40,154 nt of DNA from an uncultured Dehalococcoidales bacterium. GTDB taxonomy: Bacteria > Chloroflexota > Dehalococcoidia > Dehalococcoidales > CAYYQY01. This document shows positions 7,916-17,177 of the stretch, piece after piece. A program made the position numbers and the translations under genes. The stretch covers positions 1 to 40,154 of the forward strand of contig CAZMZA010000001.1 of the NCBI GenBank assembly GCA_964570635.1, read 5' to 3'. Within the stretch, counting starts at the first letter, position 1. Every line of letters starts with the position of its first letter. The notes under the pieces were generated by a model. It was given only the letters and a program-made list of their open reading frames with translations, was not told the origin of the DNA and did no database searches.

Positions 7916-7936
7916 GAAATGCAGCCGGTTGAGGAA

Positions 7937-9004
7937 ATGAAAGCTTTACTACTAGCCGGGGGCAGGGGCACTAGGCTGAAGCCTCTAACTAACACCACAG
8001 CTAAGCAGCTTCTCCCCATCGCCAACAAGCCAATCCTGCTCTATGTGTTGAACCAGGTCAGGGAAGCCGACATCACCGAGATAGGCATAATTATTTCCCC
8101 CGAGACCGGCAGCTTGATAGAAGAGGTCGTGGGTGATGGCTCAAAATGGGATACCAGAATCACCTATATCCTGCAGCCTGAACCCATGGGACTCGCCCAT
8201 GCGGTAAAGACAGCGCGTGATTTCCTGGGCAGCTCCCCGTTCCTCATGTTTCTTGGTGACAACCTGATTCAAGGAGGGGTAAAGGATTTTGTCTCAGAAT
8301 TTAACCGCTACACCCCTGATGCCCTCGTCCTGCTGAAGGAAGTCCCGAACCCCCGTCTCTTCGGTAACGCCGAAGTCAATGAAAATGGCGAGCTGGTTCA
8401 CCTGGTGGAGAAGCCGAAGGAGCCCAAGACCAACCTGGCCCTGGTGGGTGTCTACCTCTTTTCTCCTGAAATCCACGAGGCAATAGCCCGGATTAAGCCC
8501 TCGTGGCGAGGCGAACTGGAAATAACCGATGCCATCCAGAAACTCCTTGACATGGGAAAGAACGTCAGGAGCCACATCCTCAAGGGCTGGTGGCTGGACA
8601 CCGGAAAAAAGGACGACCTGCTTGAGGCAAACCGGGTGGTGCTGGATGAGTACCTCAGGCGAGATGTAAGGGGGGAGGTCGATTCTAAAAGCCAGATAGT
8701 AGGCCGGGCACAAATCGAAGAAGGCACCAAGATAGAAAACAGCACTATTCGAGGTCCGGTCTGTATCGCCGGGGGGTGTGAGGTTAGGAATTCCTTTATA
8801 GGTCCCTTTACCAGTATAGGGAGTGACACAGTAATAATGAACTCATCTTTAGAGCATTCGGTTATTCTGGAGAATTGCCATATTCATGGAGTACAGAACC
8901 TCCGTGATAGCATTATGGGCAGGGGTGTTGAAATTAGAAAGGGAGAAGAAGGCTTTGGCGCGGTGAGGATTTTCATAGGTGACGACGGCAAGGTGGAATT
9001 ATAG
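7937..9004 (+). CDS. rmlA: Glucose-1-phosphate thymidylyltransferase, long form with a C-terminal left-handed beta-helix
   Basis: MKALLLAGGRGTRLKPLT (G-x-G-T-R-L nucleotidyltransferase motif). The C-terminal hexapeptide-repeat-like region resembles ~355 aa long-form RmlA enzymes. rmlB follows directly. The ORF-track start at 7865 adds a non-conserved extension; the ATG at 7919 is an alternative. Confidence 0.8.
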   Translation: MKALLLAGGRGTRLKPLTNTTAKQLLPIANKPILLYVLNQVREADITEIGIIISPETGSLIEEVVGDGSKWDTRITYILQPEPMGLAHAVKTARDFLGSSPFLMFLGDNLIQGGVKDFVSEFNRYTPDALVLLKEVPNPRLFGNAEVNENGELVHLVEKPKEPKTNLALVGVYLFSPEIHEAIARIKPSWRGELEITDAIQKLLDMGKNVRSHILKGWWLDTGKKDDLLEANRVVLDEYLRRDVRGEVDSKSQIVGRAQIEEGTKIENSTIRGPVCIAGGCEVRNSFIGPFTSIGSDTVIMNSSLEHSVILENCHIHGVQNLRDSIMGRGVEIRKGEEGFGAVRIFIGDDGKVEL

Positions 9005-9009
9005 GGGGT

Positions 9010-10023
9010 ATGAAGGTGAGACTTCTCATAACCGGCGGGGCAGGATTCATCGGGAGCAATTTTATCCACTATATGCTGAGGTGTCACCCCGATTGCGAGA
9101 TAACGAACCTGGATAAGCTCACCTATGCCGGAAACCTAGCCAACCTGAAGGATATCGAAAGTGATAGCCGATACCGCTTCATTAAGGGTGATATTGCCGA
9201 CCAGGGGCAAATTGACCACGTCCTCAGCAGTCGCTTCGACATCATCGTGAACTTCGCTGCTGAATCCCATGTAGACCGAAGTATTTTGGACCCCCTCCCC
9301 TTTCTGGAAACCAACGTCAGGGGAACCCAGGTGCTCCTTGAGGGGGTAAAGCAACACGAATGGGGAAGATTCATCCAGGTATCCACAGACGAAGTCTACG
9401 GCTCTCTGCAAGCAGGAGGTAAATTCACCGAGCAGTCCCCTCTCTTACCCAACAGCCCTTATGCGGCAAGCAAAGCAGCCGCCGAACTCCTGTGCCGTGC
9501 CTATCACCAGACATACGGACTGCCGGTAATCATCACCCGTTGCTCCAATAACTACGGTCCCTATCAATTCCCCGAAAAGCTTATCCCCCTGGCCATCAGC
9601 AACGCCCTGGAGGACAAGCCCATTCCTATCTATGGCGATGGACTAAATGTGCGCGACTGGATTTACGTTGAAGACTGCTGCCGGGCCATAGATTTAATCA
9701 GCCAAAAGGGTAAACCGGGGGAGACCTATAATGTAGGCGCGGACAACGAGAAGACCAACCTTGAGCTTATGCACAAACTCCTGGAGGTAACGGATAGGCC
9801 AAAAAGCCTTATCACCTTTGTCACCGACCGCCCCGGGCATGACCGCCGTTACGCCCTGGATACCGCTAAGATTCAGCGTGAATTGGGCTGGAAACCCACC
9901 ATACCCTTCGAGGAAGGACTAAGGAAAACTATCCAGTGGTATGTGGAAAATGAACCCTGGTGGCGGTCAATCAAGAGTGGCGAATACGCGGAATACTATC
10001 AGAGGATGTATTCGCAAAGGTGA
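9010..10023 (+). CDS. rmlB: dTDP-glucose 4,6-dehydratase
   Basis: LLITGGAGFIGSNF, the STDEVYG and YAASKAA catalytic motifs, the C-terminal WW..I..GEY region, and 337 aa length are all typical of RmlB. Confidence 0.9.
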   Translation: MKVRLLITGGAGFIGSNFIHYMLRCHPDCEITNLDKLTYAGNLANLKDIESDSRYRFIKGDIADQGQIDHVLSSRFDIIVNFAAESHVDRSILDPLPFLETNVRGTQVLLEGVKQHEWGRFIQVSTDEVYGSLQAGGKFTEQSPLLPNSPYAASKAAAELLCRAYHQTYGLPVIITRCSNNYGPYQFPEKLIPLAISNALEDKPIPIYGDGLNVRDWIYVEDCCRAIDLISQKGKPGETYNVGADNEKTNLELMHKLLEVTDRPKSLITFVTDRPGHDRRYALDTAKIQRELGWKPTIPFEEGLRKTIQWYVENEPWWRSIKSGEYAEYYQRMYSQR

Positions 10024-10046
10024 GCCCCCTGGAAAAGCTCGTAAAG

Positions 10047-10925
10047 ATGGAAAATACGACGGTTCTCATAACGGGAGATACCGGGTTTATAGGGAGTAAC
10101 CTGAAGAGGTGGCTTATAGACGCCGGGATATCGGTCAAGGGGTTCTCCCGCCGAAATGGTTTTGATGTTTTGAACCTCGACCAATTACGCCGTGAAGCCG
10201 AAGGCTGCGGCCTGATTTACCATCTGGCCGCTTATGCCAAGCCAGCCCAGAGTGTGCTGGAGCCAGGTAGTGCCGTTAAAGTAAATATAGAAGGTACCAT
10301 GAATGCCCTGGAAGTCTGCAAGGAACTTGGTATTCCCCTGCTCTATCCAAGCAGCTGTGAAATATATGGCGACTCGACCACACCTATAAATGAAGACCAC
10401 CCTCTGAGGCCGCCCAATCCATATGCCGCATCTAAAGCGGCGGCTGATGTTATTTGCTATTGTTATTTCAAGTGCTACGGCGTAGATGTAAAAATTGTCC
10501 GCCTTTTTAACCCTTACGGCCCGAAACAGCAGCTTAATAAAGTAATTCCAACTTTTTACTTCCAAGCAATCGAGAACAGGCCGCTGACAGTATATCAAAA
10601 AGGTAGCGACACCCGTGACTACGTCTATATTGATGACATTGTCCGCGGGCTCTACCTGGCCAAGGATTTGCCGGCAGGCGAGGTAATAAACCTTGCCACC
10701 GGGAGGGCCACTACAACCCTGGAGCTTGCCCAAAAGCTGCTCGAGTTAACCGGCAGCCACTCCCCTATTTCGTTTGTTGACTACCCTCAGGCTTTTGGAG
10801 GCATCAAGCAGCAGGTTGGCTCAGGAAAGAAGGCAAAGAGCCTGATTCAGTGGGAACCGAGCGTCTCGTTAACGGAAGGGATTGAGAAAACGCTACAATG
10901 GCTCAGGAATAGAGAGGATTTTTAA
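10047..10925 (+). CDS. NAD(P)-dependent sugar epimerase/reductase (extended SDR)
   Basis: VLITGDTGFIGSNL Rossmann motif and YAASKAA catalytic Y-x3-K. An alternative GTG start at 10020 overlaps the rmlB stop (GTGA). Substrate is unknown; it is a candidate 4-ketoreductase or epimerase of the deoxysugar branch. Confidence 0.8.
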   Translation: MENTTVLITGDTGFIGSNLKRWLIDAGISVKGFSRRNGFDVLNLDQLRREAEGCGLIYHLAAYAKPAQSVLEPGSAVKVNIEGTMNALEVCKELGIPLLYPSSCEIYGDSTTPINEDHPLRPPNPYAASKAAADVICYCYFKCYGVDVKIVRLFNPYGPKQQLNKVIPTFYFQAIENRPLTVYQKGSDTRDYVYIDDIVRGLYLAKDLPAGEVINLATGRATTTLELAQKLLELTGSHSPISFVDYPQAFGGIKQQVGSGKKAKSLIQWEPSVSLTEGIEKTLQWLRNREDF

Positions 10926-10940
10926 ATCAGCAGGAGTGAC

Positions 10941-12152
10941 ATGAATCCCGACTTCAGCAAACCACAGTACCGAGTATTCTACGCCGCCCCCCTCTTTGGG
11001 AAGGAAGAAATCCAAGCCATCCGGGCAGTCTTGGAAGAGGGATGGCTCGGGCAGGCCTCTGAAGTAGCCCGGTTCGAAACGGACTTAGCCACCTATATTG
11101 GAAAGACCTACGGCGTAAGTGTGAATTCCGGCTCATCCGCCAACCTTTTAGCCGTGCTATCTTTAGGACTCCCTACCGGGGCGGAAGTTATCACACCGGC
11201 CATGACTTTCCCCACGACGTTTAACCCAATCTATTACGCCCGATGTATACCGGTCCTGGTTGATGTAGACCTGGGGAGCTACAGTATCACCGCCGAGGTT
11301 GTGGCGGAGGCAGTCTCGGAGGACACTAGAGCGATTATCTTCCCGCACACCCTGGGAATCCCGGCCGACATGCCAAAGATTATGGAAGTTGCCACCAAGC
11401 ATAATATGTATGTTATCGAAGATACCTGCGACGCTCTAGGGGCAGAGGTCAATGGCAGAAAAGTCGGGTCGTTTGGCACTCTTTCCACCTTCTCCTTCTA
11501 TGCCTCACATCACATTACTGCCGGTGGAGAAGGAGGCATGATACTTACTGATGAGGAATCATTATGGAGGAAGATTAATTCGCTCAAGGCTTGGGGCAGG
11601 CCATCAGACGCCGATATCAAGGAAAGACAGGTAGACCGTCTTAGTTTTGAAATTGGTGGTGTCCCCTACGATTACCGTTATACCTACCCCGAGCTGGGTT
11701 TTAACCTCAAAATGACGGAAATGCAGGGTGCTTTTGGACGCACTCAGTTCAGGAAACTGCCGGAGTTCATATCGAAGCGCCGTGAAAACTTTCATTACTT
11801 CTACAACTTTATCAAAGATAATTATGAGGAATTCTTCATGCTGCCCGAGTGGCCGCAAGATATTAAGCCCTCCTGGTTTGGCTTTATGCTGACAATTCGT
11901 GATGGTGCCCCATTTGATAGAAGGAGTATTACCACCTTTTTAGAAGAAAAAGGGATTCAGACAAGGCTGATGTTTGCCGGGAATATCAAGAGACAACCGG
12001 GCTATAAAAACATAAATATGCGAGTTGTTGGTGACTTAAGAAACTCCAATAAAATCTTCCGTGACACCTTTTGGATTGGAGTTCATCCAGGAATTTCAGG
12101 CGATGACCGCGAGTACGTCTGCGAGGTCTTCCATGACTTCTTTCGCAGCTAA
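10941..12152 (+). CDS. DegT/DnrJ/EryC1-family NDP-4-keto-6-deoxyhexose 3-dehydratase-like enzyme (RfbH/E1/ColD type)
   Basis: It has the DegT fold motifs, but the Schiff-base lysine position reads FSFYASHHITAGGEGG (His codons at 11508-11513). Lys replaced by His is the RfbH/E1/ColD hallmark. Confidence 0.72.
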   Translation: MNPDFSKPQYRVFYAAPLFGKEEIQAIRAVLEEGWLGQASEVARFETDLATYIGKTYGVSVNSGSSANLLAVLSLGLPTGAEVITPAMTFPTTFNPIYYARCIPVLVDVDLGSYSITAEVVAEAVSEDTRAIIFPHTLGIPADMPKIMEVATKHNMYVIEDTCDALGAEVNGRKVGSFGTLSTFSFYASHHITAGGEGGMILTDEESLWRKINSLKAWGRPSDADIKERQVDRLSFEIGGVPYDYRYTYPELGFNLKMTEMQGAFGRTQFRKLPEFISKRRENFHYFYNFIKDNYEEFFMLPEWPQDIKPSWFGFMLTIRDGAPFDRRSITTFLEEKGIQTRLMFAGNIKRQPGYKNINMRVVGDLRNSNKIFRDTFWIGVHPGISGDDREYVCEVFHDFFRS

Positions 12153-12201
12153 CTCAAGCACGGGAGAGCTAGCAAGTGATTCAAAGAGGTAATAAGCTAT
12201 A

Positions 12202-13638
12202 ATGCCTGGAAAAATAGACGCAGTTTGCCTAAACCCTCCATATTTAACGAGGTTCTCTCGTTATAGCCGCTCACCCTGCGTAACAATAGGCGGTACATTC
12301 TATTATCCTCTTATGGAGTGTATGGCCGTAGCCTTCATAGAAAAGAGCGGCTTTAAGGCAAGAGTCGTAGATGCTGTAGCCAAGAACTATTCGAAAGAGG
12401 ATACCGTCAGACTTGTCAGGGATTTGTCTCCCAGACTCGTTACCGTAGCTACTGCCACTCCCTCCATCTATGAGGATATCGACACCGCAGAAAGAATCAA
12501 GAGGGAGATACCGGAAGCAACTGTAATGTTAGTCGGGAGACATGCTTCCTGGGCTCCTCAGGAGACCCTAAACCTGCGCTCAGACGTTGACGGAGTTATT
12601 AAGAAAGAATATTACCAGGCAGCTGTGGAGATTTTGCAGGGGAAAAGCTTGAGCGAAGTAAAAGGGGTAGTATTCAAAGACCAGGGTGAAATAATAGAGA
12701 ATGAAGAGGATAAGCCGCTTGACCCCAATGAGATACCCCTGCTCTCCCCGGTAATTAAAAGGGATTTAGATGTCAGAGATTACTTTTACACCTCTCTAAG
12801 AAATCCATATATTATGCTTCAGCACTCCTGGGGATGCAGCTATAACTGCGACTTTTGCAACGAATTCTACAAGTCGTCCTACAGATGTAGAAAGGCCGAG
12901 CTCACTATAGAAGAGCTGAAATTTATCGAAAAAGAACTGCCGGACGTAAAAGAGGTCCTGTTTGATGACCCCACCTTTGTAATAAACAAAAAAGATGTGG
13001 AAGAGCTGAGTAAAGCCATGATAGCCAACAAAATCAAGCTACCGTGGTCCTGCAACCTGAGGTGTGATGTTGACTATCCTACTTTGAGGTTGATGAAAGA
13101 GGCGGGTTGCAGGCTAGCCCATACCGGTAATGAATCGCTTACCCAGCAAGGTAAGGACAGCATCCGGAAAAGGTTGAGCCTGGAGAGGGAATTGCAATTC
13201 TTAGAGGACGCCAAAAAAGCCGGCCTGTTAATACACGGGTGTTTTATTGTTGGCTTACCGACCGATAACGAGGAAAGCGTGCGTCAAACTATTGAACGGG
13301 CAAAAAACCTGCCCTTCGATTCCGTGCAGGTATTACCTTTAATCCCGACACCCAACACAAGTACCTGGGAGTGGGCCGAAGAGGGTGGTTATTTAATAAC
13401 CAGAGATTACTCCAAGTGGCTCAAAGAAGACGGCGGTTACAATCCCGTTGTCAGTACGCCTACTTTTTCCCACGACGATGCTGAGCGGTGGCGGAAGACC
13501 TTCATAAAAGAGTTCTACTTCCGCCCCTCTTATATCTTTTATAAACTGGTCCAGAGCCTGAAGAGCTGGCAGGAGATGAAAAGGAACCTGATATCCGGGG
13601 CTAATCTACTGAGGCGGTTAAGGGGACTCACAACATGA
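12202..13638 (+). CDS. B12-binding-domain radical SAM enzyme (class B type)
   Basis: N-terminal cobalamin-binding-like Rossmann region. CSYNCDFC is a CxxxCxxC motif (12835-12858). Length is 478 aa. Confidence 0.85.
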   Translation: MPGKIDAVCLNPPYLTRFSRYSRSPCVTIGGTFYYPLMECMAVAFIEKSGFKARVVDAVAKNYSKEDTVRLVRDLSPRLVTVATATPSIYEDIDTAERIKREIPEATVMLVGRHASWAPQETLNLRSDVDGVIKKEYYQAAVEILQGKSLSEVKGVVFKDQGEIIENEEDKPLDPNEIPLLSPVIKRDLDVRDYFYTSLRNPYIMLQHSWGCSYNCDFCNEFYKSSYRCRKAELTIEELKFIEKELPDVKEVLFDDPTFVINKKDVEELSKAMIANKIKLPWSCNLRCDVDYPTLRLMKEAGCRLAHTGNESLTQQGKDSIRKRLSLERELQFLEDAKKAGLLIHGCFIVGLPTDNEESVRQTIERAKNLPFDSVQVLPLIPTPNTSTWEWAEEGGYLITRDYSKWLKEDGGYNPVVSTPTFSHDDAERWRKTFIKEFYFRPSYIFYKLVQSLKSWQEMKRNLISGANLLRRLRGLTT

Positions 13639-14468
13639 GGGTATCTGTAATACTCCCCTACTATGAACAACCGGTAAGCGGCTGTATTGATAGTATCGAG
13701 CAGCAGACCTACCGGGATATAGAGCTGATTAAAATCTCGGAAAAGGATTTAGGGGTGACCGGGCGAAAGGGTGCCGGGTTCATGAGGAATGAAGGCGCCA
13801 AGAAAGCTCGAGGGGACATATTGTTCTTTATGGATGCTGACGCTATATTATTACCTAACACTATCTCAGAAATGGTAGCAGTTTTTAAAAAGACCAAAGC
13901 CGCGGCCGTCTCTTCTCTACCGCTGGTTCCCCGTAAGAGGGAGACTAACCTGCTAAACTATCTGCTGGGTCTGGAGTATGAGGAAAGGATCAGGGCTATG
14001 GGAGAGGGATGGGTTGATGTCGCCGCCACCACCGGCCTGGGCCTGAAGAAAGACGTCTTCCAGAAAATAGGAGGATTCGTTACTGAATTCCCTAGAGGCA
14101 CGGGGGAGGACTGGGTACTCAGCCACGAACTGAACCAGGGAGGGTTCAGGATTTGGCATAGCAACAGTGTGGGACTGTACCATCTCACCGCAGAAACCCT
14201 CGGGAAATATCTGACCAAACAGGCCTGGCACGCTGGCTATAGGGTCATTCACTACAGAAGATATAAGAAAGCCAAAGATTCCTACACCACCTTCCTTCCT
14301 TCCACTATTTTACTGTGTAATATACCACTGGCTGTAAGACTGCTGAGGGAAACAAAGGATATATCAGTACTCCTGTTAGTCCCGCTCACACTCGTCAGGA
14401 ATATTGTCTGGCTAATCTCGGCAGCATTAGTATGGACGCGAATATTCAAGTTGCAGGAAGGTAAGTAA
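13635..14468 (+). CDS. Family 2 glycosyltransferase (GT-A) with a C-terminal membrane segment
   Basis: VSVILPYYEQP at the N-terminus and FMDADA (a DxD-type motif). The ATG overlaps the upstream stop (ATGA at 13635-13638). C-terminal hydrophobic helices are present. Confidence 0.8.
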   Translation: MRVSVILPYYEQPVSGCIDSIEQQTYRDIELIKISEKDLGVTGRKGAGFMRNEGAKKARGDILFFMDADAILLPNTISEMVAVFKKTKAAAVSSLPLVPRKRETNLLNYLLGLEYEERIRAMGEGWVDVAATTGLGLKKDVFQKIGGFVTEFPRGTGEDWVLSHELNQGGFRIWHSNSVGLYHLTAETLGKYLTKQAWHAGYRVIHYRRYKKAKDSYTTFLPSTILLCNIPLAVRLLRETKDISVLLLVPLTLVRNIVWLISAALVWTRIFKLQEGK

Positions 14469-14469
14469 A

Positions 14470-15399
14470 ATGGGCAAAAGGGTTTTTATAACCGGTATAG
14501 CTGGGTTTGTAGGCGCACACCTGGCAAAAAACCTGCTCAGTAAAGGGCATGAAGTAGTCGGGCTAATCCATGATTACAGACCAACGACTACTCTGAGTTT
14601 ACTGGGTCTAGCCAATAAGGTAACGCTGGTACAAGGAGACGTTGGCAATAAAGATTTGATGCGTCAGGTGCTGGCGAAATACTATATTCAAGATGTCTAT
14701 CACTTGGCAGCGCAGGCAATAGTGGCAGTAGCCTTGAAAGACCCTTTCAGTACCTATGAAATTAACTGCCTGGGGACAGCCAGCATCCTGGGGGCCTGCA
14801 AAGATGTCGGGGTGAGAGCCGTCTTAGCGGCAAGCACTGACAAAGCTTACGGGGAGGGACTGGATAAAACCGAAACCTCCAGCCTGGAACCAAAGGGAAT
14901 CTATGAGACTTCAAAGACCTGTATGGACTATATAGCGAGAGGTTTCTTCTATACTTATGAGCTGCCGGTAGTCAGGTCCAGAGCCTGCAACATCTACGGG
15001 GAATACGATTTAAATAAAAGAATAATCCCCAATACGGTGATGGACCTAAAAAACGACAGACCGCCGGTAATCTTTAAGAACGATAAATCGCTCAGAGAGT
15101 ACATTTATGTAGATGACGTCTGTGAAGCCTATATCATGCTGGTGGAGAACATCGAAAAGAGCCAGGGAGAGGCATTCAACGTCGGCACCGGGGAAGTGAC
15201 CGGACAGGAAGAACTGGTGAAGCAAATAATAACCACAAGCGGTAAGAACATCGAGCCGACATACAGGGATAAACCCTCAAGCCTGTTTGAAATCTACCAG
15301 CAATCGATTAACTCGGATAAAATCAAAGGGGGGTTTAACTGGCAACCCCGCTTTACCCTATCTGAAGGCCTCAAAAGAACCTGGGAGAGGTGGAAATGA
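14470..15399 (+). CDS. NAD-dependent NDP-sugar dehydratase/epimerase (extended SDR, 4,6-dehydratase-like)
   Basis: VFITGIAGFVGAHL, STDKAYGE and YETSKTC (Y-x3-K) resemble CDP-/GDP-hexose 4,6-dehydratase active-site blocks. It is adjacent to a nucleotidyltransferase gene. Confidence 0.78.
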   Translation: MGKRVFITGIAGFVGAHLAKNLLSKGHEVVGLIHDYRPTTTLSLLGLANKVTLVQGDVGNKDLMRQVLAKYYIQDVYHLAAQAIVAVALKDPFSTYEINCLGTASILGACKDVGVRAVLAASTDKAYGEGLDKTETSSLEPKGIYETSKTCMDYIARGFFYTYELPVVRSRACNIYGEYDLNKRIIPNTVMDLKNDRPPVIFKNDKSLREYIYVDDVCEAYIMLVENIEKSQGEAFNVGTGEVTGQEELVKQIITTSGKNIEPTYRDKPSSLFEIYQQSINSDKIKGGFNWQPRFTLSEGLKRTWERWK

Positions 15400-16298
15400 G
15401 GAATTCAGTGCACGAGCTTTTTGACCTGCCCATATCCACCGAGGAAGAGCTGAAGCTGAATTATGCCAAAGCTGGGGAGCACCTTTATATCAGTCCCGAC
15501 GAAAAGCTGGACTTAAAGGAGGTTGATGTCCGGGAAGCGCAGGAGTTCCAGGTTATCTTCCCTATGGGGGGAGAGGGGACAAGGCTGCTTCACATTACCC
15601 GGGACAATCTCTCCAAGCACATGGTGGAAATCGGCGGGCAACCGTTAAGCAAGTACACCTTTGATCTATGGAGAAAGCAGGGTTTCTCCGATTTTTGCTT
15701 CTTGATAGACGATGGCTACAGGGGCAAATCCATTTCACAGTTCTTCGGCCAGGGGGAGAGGTTCGGGACACGAAATAGATACTCCATTGAGCACACCAAG
15801 CTAGGAACCGGAGGCTCAATAAAAGAAGCCATAATCAATGGCAATATAGAGAGCCCGTTCATCATGCACTACCCCGATGACCAGATAGTGGCCTATGACG
15901 GCTTTCCCCGGGACTTCCTGAAGGTTATTAGGGCCGTCATGGAGAAGGGCTACCAGGTGGTGGTGGTCTGCGTTCCCGGGACAATCTATCCGTGGGGAGA
16001 AGTCTGTGAGGAAAACGGCAGGGTGGTAGACTTTTCCGAGAAACCCTTTATCAGGAAAGACTCCTATATAGGAGTCAGCGCCATCAGCCGTGATGCCTTC
16101 CCCCTGGTCAAAGCACTCGATACCAGCAAAGGGGCAATAAAGATAGAGAGGACCCTGTTCAAAGAAGTGGCCAGAAGCGGCCGGATGTTTAAGGTGCTCA
16201 TACCTTATGAATACTGGTTTTCGATAAATGACGACCCGGGGTTGAGGAGGTTTGAGCAGGTAATCAAGCTCAGGAAGAAGACAAAGTCACAGCGGTAA
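15396..16298 (+). CDS. Sugar-phosphate nucleotidyltransferase with a ~50 aa N-terminal extension
   Basis: FPMGGEGTRL is a variant of the GGxGTRL motif, and the fold pattern is NTP-transferase-like. I prefer the ATG at 15396, which overlaps the upstream TGA (ATGA) and follows GGGAGAGGTGG. The ORF-track GTG is at 15390. Nucleotide and sugar specificity are unknown. Confidence 0.72.
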   Translation: MRNSVHELFDLPISTEEELKLNYAKAGEHLYISPDEKLDLKEVDVREAQEFQVIFPMGGEGTRLLHITRDNLSKHMVEIGGQPLSKYTFDLWRKQGFSDFCFLIDDGYRGKSISQFFGQGERFGTRNRYSIEHTKLGTGGSIKEAIINGNIESPFIMHYPDDQIVAYDGFPRDFLKVIRAVMEKGYQVVVVCVPGTIYPWGEVCEENGRVVDFSEKPFIRKDSYIGVSAISRDAFPLVKALDTSKGAIKIERTLFKEVARSGRMFKVLIPYEYWFSINDDPGLRRFEQVIKLRKKTKSQR

Positions 16299-16357
16299 TT
16301 CAGGAAGTCTCAGAATACCGGACAGAATTCAGAGACCGAGATAGGAGGCTGTCAGCC

Positions 16358-17107
16358 ATGAAGAGACCTACTTTGAGATTGGTAGGTATTACCTTAGCCA
16401 TCGTGCTCGTTTCATCACTGATGGGGCTACAGCTCCTTCAGCTGTGCTCATGCTCAAATACAGTGTCTGACAATCCCGGGCTTAAGTCCCCTCTCCCCAA
16501 GTCACTCAGCATAGGCTCAACCGGTGGGTGGACTCACGCTACTATGGGCTCGGGTACAGTAGCCCAAGAAAGCACCACATTTCAGACTCTAAAGACCGGA
16601 ACCGCCGCCGGTTCAAGTGCTGTCAGGAGAATAGGTCTATCCGGGTTCAACGATGGCAGCCTCGACTCCCAGTGGATTAGCTGGGATTACCCCCTGATAC
16701 TTAGTTTCAATGCCACCCGCAGAACTTCCGATGCTGAAGCCCAGAGCTTTGTTCAGCTCAAGGAGTCTATATTTATTGGTCAGCTTGCCGAGAAGGGATT
16801 TGGTATACAGATAGACAACCTTACCATGACCGGGGAGAGTTATGGTACCAGCCGGGGAACAGTAGGTCTGGGAACTATAAAATCCGGCCGAACCAATTAC
16901 GTTGAGATAAGATTAGTCCCCCATACAGCCGTGGAGTTTTACGTTAATGGCTCTTTAGCTGGAACTATTACCGCACCGGAGCACATCCCCAGTGGAGATG
17001 GTGCCGCCCCCGCTCAGCTTCTATGCTCCCACGCCAACGGCGCCACCGGAGGAACCAGCACAAGTTTAGAGGTAGGCCTGATACATATCACTCAAGGGTG
17101 GACATAA
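16358..17107 (+). CDS. Secreted or membrane-anchored hypothetical protein, beta-rich (possible ConA/LamG-like jelly roll)
   Basis: GGAGG SD 9 nt upstream. N-terminal signal or anchor sequence MKRPTLRLVGITLAIVLVSSLMGL. Composition is Gly/Ser/Thr-rich. A motif like VEFYVNGSLAGTI is common in LamG-type domains. The fold call is tentative. Confidence 0.55.
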   Translation: MKRPTLRLVGITLAIVLVSSLMGLQLLQLCSCSNTVSDNPGLKSPLPKSLSIGSTGGWTHATMGSGTVAQESTTFQTLKTGTAAGSSAVRRIGLSGFNDGSLDSQWISWDYPLILSFNATRRTSDAEAQSFVQLKESIFIGQLAEKGFGIQIDNLTMTGESYGTSRGTVGLGTIKSGRTNYVEIRLVPHTAVEFYVNGSLAGTITAPEHIPSGDGAAPAQLLCSHANGATGGTSTSLEVGLIHITQGWT

Positions 17108-17177
17108 ATTGTGGAGTAAAGCCACCTATTTGCGGGACGCAGTCGGGAAACTGGGGAGACCATCTTTTTAAAGGCTC

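Noticed and set aside
7865-7936. A 24-codon N-terminal extension of the rmlA-like ORF (TTG at 7865)
   Set aside because: The extension is not RmlA-like and covers the putative promoter and operator. The conserved MKALLLAGGRGTRL N-terminus begins at the ATG at 7937.
16358-17107. Three N-x-S/T sequons (NAT, NLT, NGS) in the secreted hypothetical protein, considered as evidence that it is an N-glycosylation substrate
   Set aside because: Three sequons in 249 aa of a Ser/Thr-rich protein is close to chance expectation. It is not evidence on its own.
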